A stretch of 64,000 nucleotides of DNA from Eledone cirrhosa. Its lineage: Eukaryota. This document shows, piece after piece, positions 36,789 to 47,789 of the stretch. Position 1 is the stretch's first letter. The number at the start of each line of letters is the position of its first letter. The notes under the pieces were generated by a model. That model did not search any database. It worked only from the letters and a program-made list of their open reading frames with translations, and was not told the DNA's origin. The stretch covers positions 98,456,001 to 98,520,000 of the forward strand of contig OZ024740.1 in the NCBI GenBank assembly GCA_964016885.1. Reading direction: 5' to 3'. The position numbers and the translations under genes were made by a program.

Positions 36789-39163
36789 TCACAAACCCGA
36801 CAACCCCGGCCGCCCCATTGTCTCCGCTTGCAACTGCCCCACTGAACTCATCTAAACCTTTCTTGACTCCATCCTCGCCCCCCTCGTCACCACCCTCCCC
36901 TCATACATCTGCAACACCAACCACGCCCTTCGCCTATTTAACTCCTTCACTTTCCCACCCGGCCCACAGCCCCTCCTCTTCACCCTAGATATCAAGTCGC
37001 TTTATACTGTCATCCCCCACGCTGAGAGCCTACGTGCCCTCACGCACTACCTCGACCTTCGCCCCTCCCTCATCCTTCGCCTCGCCAAGCTGGTCCTCAC
37101 CATAACTACTTCTCCTTCTCGGGTGAGTTTTACCAACAGGTCATGAAGGTAGCCATGGGCACAGGAATGGGCCCAAACTATGCCAACCTTTTTGTTGGCC
37201 ATGTTGAGGTCCAAATCTTTGCCCAGTACACCGGCCCCACGCCCGAACTGTATGGTTGTTACATCGACGGCTGTATCGGAGCCACGACCCCCACCCGAGA
37301 ACAGTTTGACTCATTTCTCTCATTCTTCTGCTCCTTCCCCCTCCCTCCACTTCACCACCTCTATCTCCACCACCCACGTCCACTTCTTAGACATCTCCAT
37401 CGCCATCGACCACTCCCACCACTCCCTCGTCACCTCCGCCTTCTTCAAACCCACCGACTCCCACTCCTATCTCGACTTCACCTCCTTCCACCCTACACAC
37501 ACTAAACACTCTATTCCCTATTCCCAACTCCTCAGGATCCGCCGCCTCTGCAGCCGAGATGCTGAATTTGAGTCCCAGGCCCTTTCCCTAGTCAGCCATT
37601 TCATCCGCAGAGGTTACCATCTTCACCCTATAGACCCACACTCCCCCCGGCCTGAACTCCCCACCTCTATTCCTTTAGCCTTCGACCGCCCTGTTCCTCC
37701 CTCTCACCCCCCCCCACACACACATATCCCCCACTAAGACACTCCTTCTTTTCACTGCTTACCCCACAACTAACAATACTAACACCCCAACCCCACCCCG
37801 ACCACCCTCCCCCAAGTAACAATACTAACCCCCCCCTATCACGCACACACACCTGTACATATGTACACGCACTCACACTATCCACACACCTTACTACCAC
37901 CACTAACCCTCACCCACACATCCACTCCAACCACCACACAACTAATACCACTAACATCCACCTGACCCCACGCACACGAACACACACACGCACCCACACC
38001 CACTTACACCACCCACTCTACACACCTTACCACCACTGACCCCCACTAACACACCCGCATTCAACCCTTTCCCCACCACCAATAAACGAACACCCACTAA
38101 CACCCCCTTCTCCACACACACAGACATCCAAACACGCACACACACACACCAGTACACTACACTCCCTCCACCGTCCCCCATACCTTTTCTCTCCATCTCC
38201 CCGCTCCACCCACACCCCTTCACACACACACACACACATCCCACTAACACCTCTACGAATACACACCCCATCCCCCACCTGACCACTCCCACTCCACCTT
38301 TCACACCTACCAATCCTCTCCCCTGTCCACCGCACCTCCGCACACACTGACACACTGACTTTCTCCACCTGCCATTCTCCTCTACTGCTGCTATGCCTTC
38401 TCCTGCCTTGACCCTCTGACCACTTCCTGTTGCGCGCGCACCCACATCTCCCCTCTTCCGACTACCACAACCAACGGATTACACACCACCGGCCATCGTT
38501 CCCACTATCCACTCCATAACATGGAAAACATTCGGCACCACTTCACACCCTCTACGGAACTACCTTAGGAACTTACCCACGGACATACACTCACAATTTC
38601 TTTCTCGAACCACGCCACCTACATCCACACAAATTATAAACACCATCACACACGTGCGTACCCCAACATATATACACACTCAGCCTCCAGAATCCTCCCC
38701 CCTTCCCCACCCCTCTGACCCCACCCCCCACACAAACACCTTTCCTGAACATGGAACCTCGTTCTTCCCCCAACTCTCACATTCACATACACACACACGT
38801 ACACCTACACACATAAACAAACACCACTTTCAGCCCTCCCCGCTCGGACACCCCACCTCCCTCTCCCCATTCAACCCGCCACCACGCCTACACGCCCCAC
38901 ACCCTTCCACCACTTGTTTATCTTCATGCTTATTCTTATTTTTATTTGTACCCCGTCCACCGTTTTCCTCCGTTTCCTATCTCCCCCCCCCATTTTTATA
39001 AATGTCTCTCCACCACTCCCCCACACACCCTCGGAACTCTCTTCCCACCCACTTTTCTCCTGAAGAAGGGCTTATGCCCGAAACGCCCCCCACTCTCAAG
39101 AGCGTGAATCTAATAAACCTTTGTTTATACTGCCTCTCTGTTTTGTTCCCGTTCCATTTTTCA
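36789..39163 (+). mobile_element. 5'-truncated Penelope-like (probably Neptune-type) retroelement, decayed, between (TA)n tracts
   Basis: HKPDNPGRPIVS, TLDIKSLYTVIPH, VAMGTGMGPNYANLFVG, YIDG, FLDISI, FKPTDSHSYLDFTSFHP..SIPYSQLLRIRRLCS..RGY; HHR-like motif at 39060; AATAAA at 39112. Confidence 0.9.
39057..39090 (+). ncRNA. Partial PLE minimal hammerhead (CTGAAGA-AGGGC-TTAT-GCCC-GAAACG); cleavage strand degenerate
   Basis: Core boxes and stem II visible; no clean UH or stem I partner. Confidence 0.55.
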
Positions 39164-39186
39164 ATATATATATATATATGAATTAA

Positions 39187-39277
39187 TTTAGTCCTTCATC
39201 AGTGATCTTCCAACCTTCTTTGGTATTTCATCGCTTTAACAACCATATACCTCTGGCTGGTGCGAGCAACGGCTAAA
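39187..39277 (-). ncRNA. Candidate non-canonically permuted K-turn hammerhead, copy B
   Basis: TTTAGCC GTTGC TCGC A CCAGCC AGA GGTA TA TGGTT GTTAAA GCGA T GAAA TACC AAA GAA GGTTGG AA GATCA CTGATGA AG GACTAAA. Confidence 0.65.
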
Positions 39278-39831
39278 GAAAGTCATTTGGACAAGTAAAT
39301 AGGGGGAACGAGCGAGACAGTAAACAATCAAAGATGGTAATGCAACGAAAAGTGAGGAAGAAGGAGTCAAGTCCCTGAAATCGATGAACATATTTTCTGT
39401 GAAATCGTGGACGAGAGAGAATAAAGACCATCAAACCTAGTCGACATGTGAGTAAGGAAAGAATTTCGCACAGGTCAAACGGGAGGAAGAAGGTATCAAG
39501 TCCCTGAAATCGATGAATATAAGTTCTGTGAAATCGTAGGCGAGAAGAGAATAAAGACCATCCGACCTGGTCGAAGTGTGCGTGAGAAAAGAATCTCGCA
39601 CAGGTCAAACGGGAGGAAGTAGGAGAGGGCGTAGCAGAGAGTGAGTGAGTGAAAGTGTGAGGAAGTGGCTTACAGAGAGAGTGATTGGTAGAGGGGGTAA
39701 AAGGAAATGAGAGATACAGAGAAAAGGGGAAGCAGTAAGAAAGAAACAGACGGGTCACAGCCGAGGAAAATATATATGAATATGAAAACATGGTGTGCTC
39801 CGTGGTTGCAAATGGGTTACATATGAATAAA

Positions 39832-39922
39832 TTTAGTCCTTCATCAGTGATCATCCAACCTTCATTGGTATTTCATCGCTTTAAAGACCATATACCTCTG
39901 GTTGGTGCGAGCAACGACTAAA
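39832..39922 (-). ncRNA. Candidate non-canonically permuted K-turn hammerhead, copy C
   Basis: TTTAGTC GTTGC TCGC A CCAACC AGA GGTA TA TGGTC TTTAAA GCGA T GAAA TACC AAT GAA GGTTGG AT GATCA CTGATGA AG GACTAAA. Confidence 0.7.
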
Positions 39923-40365
39923 GAAAGTCGTTGGGACACGTAAATAGGGGGAATGGGCGAGACAGTAAACAATCAAAGATGGTAATGCAACGAAAAGTGA
40001 GGAAGAAGGAGTCAAGATGAAAGACTAAATTTATTCATATGTAACTCATCTGCAACCATGCAGCACACCATGTTTTCATATTCATATATATATATATACA
40101 CACACACACACATATGTATATTTGTTTGTTTATTCATTTGTTTCATATATAAGTGCCTGCTACAGGACACAAACTGTTTCATTCATTTAAAATCATCAGT
40201 GTAAATATATTTCTTTTTGAAATAAAAAAGACAAGAAGAGAAGGAGGGATAGAAGAAGTAGAAGTTGAATACGAAGGAGGTGGAGGCCACTACGCTTATT
40301 TGGATAAAGACCCGCCTGCAGGAATGATATGGAGTGGGTTTCAATCTCAATCAATGATTAACGAA

Positions 40366-40452
40366 ATTCTTTCATTCAGAGTTGAAACTCATTAGATTTA
40401 GAAATTACTGTGTGTGTGTTGTGTGCAAATATATATATATATATATATATGC

Positions 40453-40483
<31 letters not shown>

Positions 40484-40611
40484 CATAACACACACACATA
40501 TATATGTATGTATGTTTGTTTATTTTTTCCTTGGTTTTTATGTTTTTCTCTACTGTATCGTGTCTGTGAACAGTAATTTCTAAATCTAATGAGTTTCAAC
40601 TCTGAATGAAA

Positions 40612-40677
<66 letters not shown>

Positions 40678-40682
40678 TTTCA

Positions 40683-40686
<4 letters not shown>
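40366..40686. repeat. Perfect 45-bp inverted repeat (40366-40410 / 40571-40615) plus a second 14-bp inversion across the next (TA)n (40673-40686)
   Basis: ATTCTTTCATTCAGAGTTGAAACTCATTAGATTTAGAAATTACTG and its reverse complement. Confidence 0.9.
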
Positions 40687-40717
<31 letters not shown>

Positions 40718-40720
<3 letters not shown>

Positions 40721-41134
40721 AATGTAAGTATGTATGTATACGTACATACATATATGTATACAGACGTACAGTAGCATGCATATATATATATATATATACA
40801 TATATACATACAGGTACACATACATATATGCACGCATCAGTTTAGCGGACGCTTATTATAACGCCGCTTTGTTCGTTTGTAAACAAACTGAATAGTATAT
40901 ACTTTCGAACGTTCAACTATCTGGCAGATGGGTATACGGTGCTGATGATAGCTAACAAGCTTGAAACTAGTACATCGTTCCTGTGTCAGTGTTGAACAAA
41001 AAGGTGACGTGGTTGCCTTAACACCGTATGGCATAAATTCAGGCTGTTCAGTTTGCTTACAAACGAACAAAGCGGCGTTATAATAAGCGTCCGCTAAACT
41101 GATGCGTGCATATATGTATGTGTACCTGTATGTA

Positions 41135-41206
<72 letters not shown>

Positions 41207-41265
41207 TGCTACTGTACGTCTGTATACATATATGTATGTACGTATACATACATACTTACATTTAA
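40718..41265. repeat. Near-perfect fold-back (arms 40718-40895 / 41044-41265) with a 148-bp spacer holding a hammerhead
   Basis: Arms differ mainly in (TA)n length. Confidence 0.93.
40936..40978 (+). ncRNA. Minimal type I hammerhead of PLE type
   Basis: ACGGTG-CTGATGA-T-AGCT-AACA-AGCT-T-GAAA-CTAG-TA-CATCGT; palindromic stem III ACTAGT. Confidence 0.88.
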
Positions 41266-41329
41266 GTAAGTGCCATACTAAGAGTGAGAAATGAAATTTC
41301 GTTTTCATTTTATTTCAACCTATATATAT

Positions 41330-41497
<168 letters not shown>

Positions 41498-41545
41498 AGC
41501 GTGGATGATGGACGTTAAATGATGATGATGATGACAATATATATT

Positions 41546-41578
<33 letters not shown>

Positions 41579-42184
41579 CTATATATATGTAATTTTGTGG
41601 ATCCTTGTGTATCTGTGTCTGTTGACAATTAATGTATATTTATATGTGTGTGTTTTATGTATACTTTTTGTTTATATCTCATAAACTAGCTGTTTGTCAA
41701 ATAGCGGTTGATAATATATATACCAATCTTTTAAAGATGAATACTGGAGAATGATAAGTCCCGTGGAGGTGTGTCCTCTAATGGTGACAGCCGAATGACT
41801 AAAACCAATAAAAGAATAGAATATAAATTTTGACATAGTATCTGCACTTTTGTACTCCTTTTTCGAGTATATACTTTATAATGCCCATTTCATTGAAAGT
41901 TGGAGAAATAGAATAAAATTTACCAATACATCAATTCCATTGATGACAGTCTATATATATCTATAGGAAAGTAGAATAGTACATCAATTGAAATGGGCCC
42001 AGCATATGACTGATGTTTATGTTTTTTTATTCATGAAGAATGAAAAACAGCTTTGTTTATCATGATTTTAAATGGAAATGTATGTATAAGTATGTAGCTC
42101 TATATACCTAACAGTATATGCATATGTGTTTGTATATGTATATATACATATACACACACACACAGACATATATATATATATATA

Positions 42185-42245
<61 letters not shown>

Positions 42246-42249
42246 TATT

Positions 42250-42915
42250 TATTTATGTTTTCATGGATCAAAGGCATTACCAAAGATATCAAACCCAAAA
42301 TTTTACCATGCCTCCAGAGAGACCCACATTCCATTGTCTGGTGGACTCTTAGAAAATTAGGTGTAAAGGATTAGCTTATGAGAGAAGTACAAGCATGAAC
42401 AATTGCACCTCTCAAAGGCAATGACTCAAGATTGAGATCACTGACATTATGCAATAACATGTAAGACCTGCTATCCCATTTGCTTGAATTGAAGCATACA
42501 TCTAGTATACACCACTTTACCTGCCACTCATTCCATGCACATCCCTCATAAAAGCCTCCACCAACGTCTTAACACTCCACCCATGTCCTAACACCCCATC
42601 CCTCATCCACGAACCTACACCCCCACCCTTCATGAGATAAGTGCCCTACACTAGATCTACTTCTTCAATCTCCATGTACCTTTCCATCCCTCAGTCCACA
42701 GTGTAAATTGGTCGTTTTGTTTTCACAGTTAAAATCACCCAGTCCACACTGTAATATGGTTGGCATTAGAAAGAGCATTCAGGTGTAGAAATCAAGCCAC
42801 AATCAGCTCTGTATGAGCAAGACTTGGTGACCTGATTTGGCTTGTCTCACCATGGGTCAACTCATCTAACCTATGCTAGCATGGAAAAATATACGTTAAA
42901 CATTGATGAGGATGT
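42250..42915 (+). mobile_element. Scrambled RTE remnants (RT piece plus 3' UTR/tail)
   Basis: [13 protein letters not shown] at ~42325; tail ATGCTAGCATGGAAAAATATACGTTAAACATTGATG. Confidence 0.6.
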
Positions 42916-42938
42916 TATATATATATATATATATATAA

Positions 42939-43082
42939 TATAATTGAATATAAAAGAGACATAAACACAGATATATACATATATGTGTTCAAATCATAAG
43001 AGACCAGATTCGCTAAGGTGAAAAAAATAATAACTATGGACAATAGTTAGTATTTTAGCAAATCTGGTCCATTACGATTTGA

Positions 43083-43137
<55 letters not shown>

Positions 43138-43162
43138 TATCTCTCATTTATATTCAATTATA
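42939..43162. repeat. Imperfect fold-back in (TA)n context
   Basis: TAATTGAATATAAA..TGTGTTCAAATC.TAA..GACCAGATT.GCTAA versus TTAGCAAATCTGGTC..GATTTGAACACA..TTTATATTCAATTA. Confidence 0.85.
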
Positions 43163-43242
43163 ATATACGGCTCAGAAAAATCTCTTTCCTAGAGCTATTT
43201 TAAGAGACTATTTTGATTTTCTAACTCAATATATATATATAT

Positions 43243-45480
43243 CATCATTATCATCATCATTTTACATCCGCTTTTCCCTGCTTGCAAGTGTTGGACGGGT
43301 CCTATTCAGCACAGCATCTCTGCACCCATCACGGTCCTTCATCATCTCCTCGGTGAGTTCCAGCGATCTGAGATCTGCTCTCACCACATCCATCCATGTT
43401 TTCCATGGTCTACCACTACTGCATCTTCCCTCCACTGGGACTTCCTGCCACTTCTTCACCCATCGGTCATCCTCCATGCGCATCACATGTCCATACCATC
43501 TCAGCCTTCTCTCCTGCACACCACAACTTATCCCTCTTATACCCAGTTTCTTTCTCAACTCGTCTATGCTTGGTCTTTCACGCACATTACCATTGCACAT
43601 CCAACAGAGCTTGCTTGCTTCATTTCTCTCCAGCCGTCGCATATCTTCTGCAGTTGCTGCCCATGTCTCACTACCATGCAGCGTCACACATCTCACACAG
43701 ACATCATATAACCGTCCTTTCGTATTCAGGGAGAAACCCTTCTTTGTCAACAGAGAAAGTAGCTCCCTAAACTTCTTCCAACCCGTCTTTATTATAGATA
43801 CTATGGCGCGGAACATCCCCCTCCCATGCTAAACTGATCACCTAGGTACCGGAAGCAATCAACCACTTCTATAGAACCCACCTGCATTGGAAAAATGAGT
43901 GTATCACAGCGATTATTATTGCCAACTTTCCCTGTACATCTACTTCATACTTAGTTTTCCCTACCTGTTAGTTTACCTGCTTTCCCACTACATATCTTAT
44001 GTACCCAAAATCTGCATTGCGTACATTTTATGGAATTTATGCCAGTTCCTTTCCTACATATCGCAAATGGCCATTTCCCTGTTGGAATCAGAGTATTGTC
44101 CTCTCTTCTACGTATCAACACTTAGCTAGGTTCACTCTCAGGCCTCTTTATTCCAACTGATATTTCCATAGCCAGAATTTCTTCTCTAGCTCCCCTACTG
44201 ATTCTACTATAAGAACAAGATCATCAGCATAGAGAAGTTCCCATGGGCATCCAGTCTTAATCTCCTCTGTTATGGCTTGGAGGACTATAATGAACAAGAG
44301 TGGGCTGAGGACCGAACCTTGATGTACACCTACTTGTATCTGGAATTCCTCACTAAACTCCATTCCTATTCTCACTTTACTGACAGCACCCCTGTACATA
44401 GCTGGCACTGTCCTCAGAAGCCATTCCTGTACACCTAGTTTCCTTAGGGACCACCAGATGACAAATCGGGGTACCCTATCAAAGCTTTCTCTAAGTCAAC
44501 AAAAGCTAAGTATAGTGGCTTATTCTTCTCTAAGAACCTCTCTCGTTGTTGCCTCACTAAGAAGAGGGCATCTGTTGTACTTTTCCCAGGCACAAAACCA
44601 AACTGCATCTCATCTAAATTGACCCTTTCTCTAATCAGTTGCACTAATATTCTCTCTGCCACTTTCATAACCTGATCCATCAGCTTTATAGCCCTATAAT
44701 TGCTCCTCTCTAGAACATCCCCTTTACCTATGTAGCAATTTATGAGAATACTGCTGTCCCAGTCTTTGGGTATGACACCACCATATATAGCTTGATTAAT
44801 GATTCGTGCAACTAGTTTAGTGCCTACTTCTCCTGATGCCTTCAGCATCTCAGCAACTATCCCCGACGGTCCAGCAGCCTGACCATTCTTCATTTCCTTA
44901 ATTGCCTCTTGTACCCTATATTCGTCAATCTCAATAGCTGGTCCCTCTGTCGGGTCTACTGGGGAAATTGCTCTCTGTCCCATTCGTTTTCTACATTCAT
45001 CAGTCTCTCATAATGACATTGATCATTCGTGACACTAAGGACAACAGCACCATTCCGGACACACTTATCTCCAACAACATCCTGACTTTCACTTACACAC
45101 TGCCTTGCAATGCGGAACACCACACATCTCTGATCTTCCCATCGCAGAACATTGGCAAACCTCCTTCTCTCAGCCTCCCTGCATGCTAAGTACACCTGAC
45201 GTCTTGCTTCTCTCTTGGCAGCTGTGTATCCATCTCTACTCCCACGATTTTTCCAAGCATTTCATGCTTGTCTTTTGTCTCTAATGGCCCTATCTACCAT
45301 GCTGTTTCACGACCAGGTAACTCTCTGTCTGGTTAAAGCTCTGCTCCAACCACAAGTTTCTTCAGTAGCCTGCAGTAAGTTGTCACGCAAGAAATTCAAG
45401 TTATCATCTATGTCATACAACTCTAAATCGTCTTCCTTTTCGTCGTACACATCTTGAGTGGCTTTGCTAAATTTATATTT
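43243..45480 (-). mobile_element. 5'-truncated RTE LINE, frameshifted
   Basis: AGPSGIVAEMLK, NYRAIKLMD, MQFGFVPGKST, FVDLEKA, GVHQGSVLSPLLF, LYADD, RLRWYGHV; (ATG)n tail at 43243-43260. Confidence 0.93.
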
Positions 45481-45488
45481 TAATATAT

Positions 45489-45614
45489 ATATTTATTAAA
45501 ATAACAGATTAAAGTTTAAACAAAGAATCGCTGCTTTCACCCTTAACGGGATGCCGTTAAAGTTGAAAGCAGCGATTCTTTGTTTAAACTTTAATCTGTT
45601 ATTTTAATAAATAT
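45489..45614. repeat. Hairpin palindrome, ~61-bp arms with 2 mismatches and 4-nt loop
   Basis: ..AATCGCTGCTTTCACCCTTAACGG-GATG-CCGTTAAAGTTGAAAGCAGCGATT.. Confidence 0.93.
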
Positions 45615-45702
45615 TTGCTCTACGGTTCTTATATATTTGATATATATTTATCCTTATCGCGCCCTCTTTGGATTTTAGTCTTCAAATTTCTTATTATTAC
45701 TA

Positions 45703-45755
<53 letters not shown>

Positions 45756-45762
<7 letters not shown>

Positions 45763-46708
45763 CGAAACATAAGTCAATTGCATGAACTCATAATCCTTTA
45801 TTTACTGCTATATGTATGTCAATGATAGCCATTAAATGGCTATGACCTCATTAGGCAGTTAGTCAGTTCTTAGATATGCCAGCTCTGTGTTTATAGTGTT
45901 GATGGTATCAGAGCATTGGGACCTATGAGCTTGTTAGGAATAATTTAATGTTGTCAGCAGGAATAGTCTTAATTCTCATTGGTCAGTTTGTACATGCTAG
46001 TAGGGTTGGTATTTGACCTCAAAGAGGCAGTTGGTGTTGTAAAGTTCAAACAAGATGACAATAGTTCCATACGACTGATTTTCACAAAAAGCATTCCTGG
46101 TCAGATATATATTCAATTAAGGTTAATAGTATGAAATAGATACTACAGGTCATTCTTAAATTGAGGAATTTATGTGGAGTGGTGCTACTGAAAATTATGG
46201 TTAGAGTAGAAAATCCAACCTACATTAGTCTTTTTATTTGTAAATTTTCTACTCTAACCATAATTTTCAGTAGCACCACTCCACATAAATTCCTCAATTT
46301 AAGAATGACCTGTAGTATCTATTTCATACTATTAACCTTAATTGAATATATATCTGACCAGGAATGCTTTTTTGAAAATCAGTCATTAGGAACTATTGTC
46401 ATCTTGCCTGAAGGTTTGAACTTTACTACACCACCTGACTCTTTGAGGTCAAATACCAACCCTACTACCATCTACAAACTGACCAATGAGAATTAAGACT
46501 ATTCCTGCTGACAAAATTTAATTATTCCTAACAAGCTCATATGTCCCAAGGCTCTGATACCATAACACTATAAACACAGAGCTGGCATATCTAAGAACAG
46601 ACTAACTGCCTGATGAGGCCATAGCCATTCAATGACTATCATCGAAATATATATAGCAGTAAATAAAGGATTATGAGTTCATGCAATTGACTTATGTTTC
46701 GTCACTAT
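45756..46708. mobile_element. Palindromic PLE remnant: GIY-YIG 3' end plus pseudo-LTR with its inverted copy (arms ~460 bp, 29-bp spacer 46215-46243)
   Basis: Right arm encodes QECFFENQSLGTIVILPEGLN (PLE endonuclease terminal P.GLN motif), then an HHR and AATAAA; (TA)n flanks. Confidence 0.85.
46605..46660 (+). ncRNA. Type I hammerhead (PLE type) with extended stem II
   Basis: ACTGC-CTGATGA-GGCCATAGCCATTCAATGACTATCATC-GAAA-TATATA-TA-GCAGT; the left-arm copy has a perfect ATAGCCAT/ATGGCTAT stem II but a mutated core. Confidence 0.8.
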
Positions 46709-46889
46709 TATAACTCCGGAACTTATATCTTTGTTGAGTGCTCCCTATCCGCATACTGAAGTACTGGATTTTACAAACACTTACTTTCTTGCTTATATAT
46801 ATATATAATTACATATATATATGTATATGTGTATATATATATTTCTTTTTTATACATATATATTTATGTATATATATATATATATATTT

Positions 46890-47550
46890 TAACCCCGGCT
46901 CCTTCCTATCTTCTCCCCCTCCCCTACATCATGCTGGTTCGCGATCAGCCCCACCACTCTACATCATGCTGGTTCGCCCCCCCCCCCCATCTCTCTCTCT
47001 ATCTATATATATAAGGTAAACCCTACAAGTAATCACATTTGCCAAATATACTTTCACGGTATAATGTAATGTAATGTACACATTTTTCTTCCATTTCTCC
47101 ACTCCATTTCAATTCCTTAGTCCACCCATCCGACAATTCTCTATCATTATCATTTTCTTTTCCCCGAATCGAATCTTTGCCTCGCTACTCGCTACTCTAT
47201 CGTATTTTCCAAAACATATCTTGTATTTTTGTTAATGCTTGTTGAATTATGCCCAAATACGAGGATCTTCTTTATTTAAACCTTACCTTCTCTGTCGTAT
47301 TTTCCAAAACAAATCTGTTAAATTATGCCCAAATACGAAGATCTTATTTAAACCTTACCTTCTCGCGTACCTAAACTACCCCAACCTTAATTCTGTCGTA
47401 TTTTTCAAAACAAAAATCCTTCTTATATATTTTTTTAAATATATTTGTTATTTCGAGGACCGTATTTAAACATTCAACCCCTGCTCCTTCATATCTTCTC
47501 CCCCTCCCCTACATCATGCTGGTTCTTATTTAAACCTTACCTTCTCGCTA
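46890..47550. repeat. Mosaic of short dispersed repeats (CTACATCATGCTGGTTC x3; TTTAAACCTTACCTTCTC x3; TCGTATTTT(C)CAAAACA x3)
   Basis: Directly visible; origin unknown. Confidence 0.7.
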
Positions 47551-47789
47551 ACAACTCAACAGCCCTCCCCTCGCCCCCACGCACCAGCATTATTATTACG
47601 TGGACCAATCATAAGTCAGAGGCCTATACTATCGCTTACCTGGTTGCCTTTCGATATGATGGATGGACTACGGAATTCTGGAGAGTTGAAGAGAGAGAAA
47701 TCTGGACGCTCAGCGACAATGCCAAAGATAAAGACAAATTCACCTCGTGGACGAGAATGCGAGCACTCCTCTTTGTTTCGGCCGCGGAT

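Larger units (their letters stand above)
39170..40090 (-). mobile_element. Non-coding PLE-like element: ~645-bp unit, partial tandem copy, and inverted copy of the terminus
   Basis: 39176-39372 repeats directly as 39821-40016; 40017-40090 is the reverse complement of ~39770-39844; internal ~130-bp duplication 39357-39618; (TA)n on both flanks. Confidence 0.75.

Noticed and set aside
39273-39854. 193-aa minus-strand ORF inside the ribozyme-bearing element
   Set aside because: Low-complexity F/S/L-rich translation of a pyrimidine-rich strand that crosses the unit junction; no domain motifs.
39832-39922. SECIS element or box C/D snoRNA reading of the AATGA/GA and CTGATGA motifs
   Set aside because: In a SECIS the AUGA is on the 5' strand with an apical AA loop; here the bulged strand is 3' and no Sec-type ORF is adjacent. 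For a C/D snoRNA the UGAUGA box should be near the 5' end with a 3' CUGA; here it is at the 3' end and in hammerhead register.
40586-40615. CTAATGA...GAAA as a hammerhead
   Set aside because: G5 is missing and stems I and III cannot be formed.
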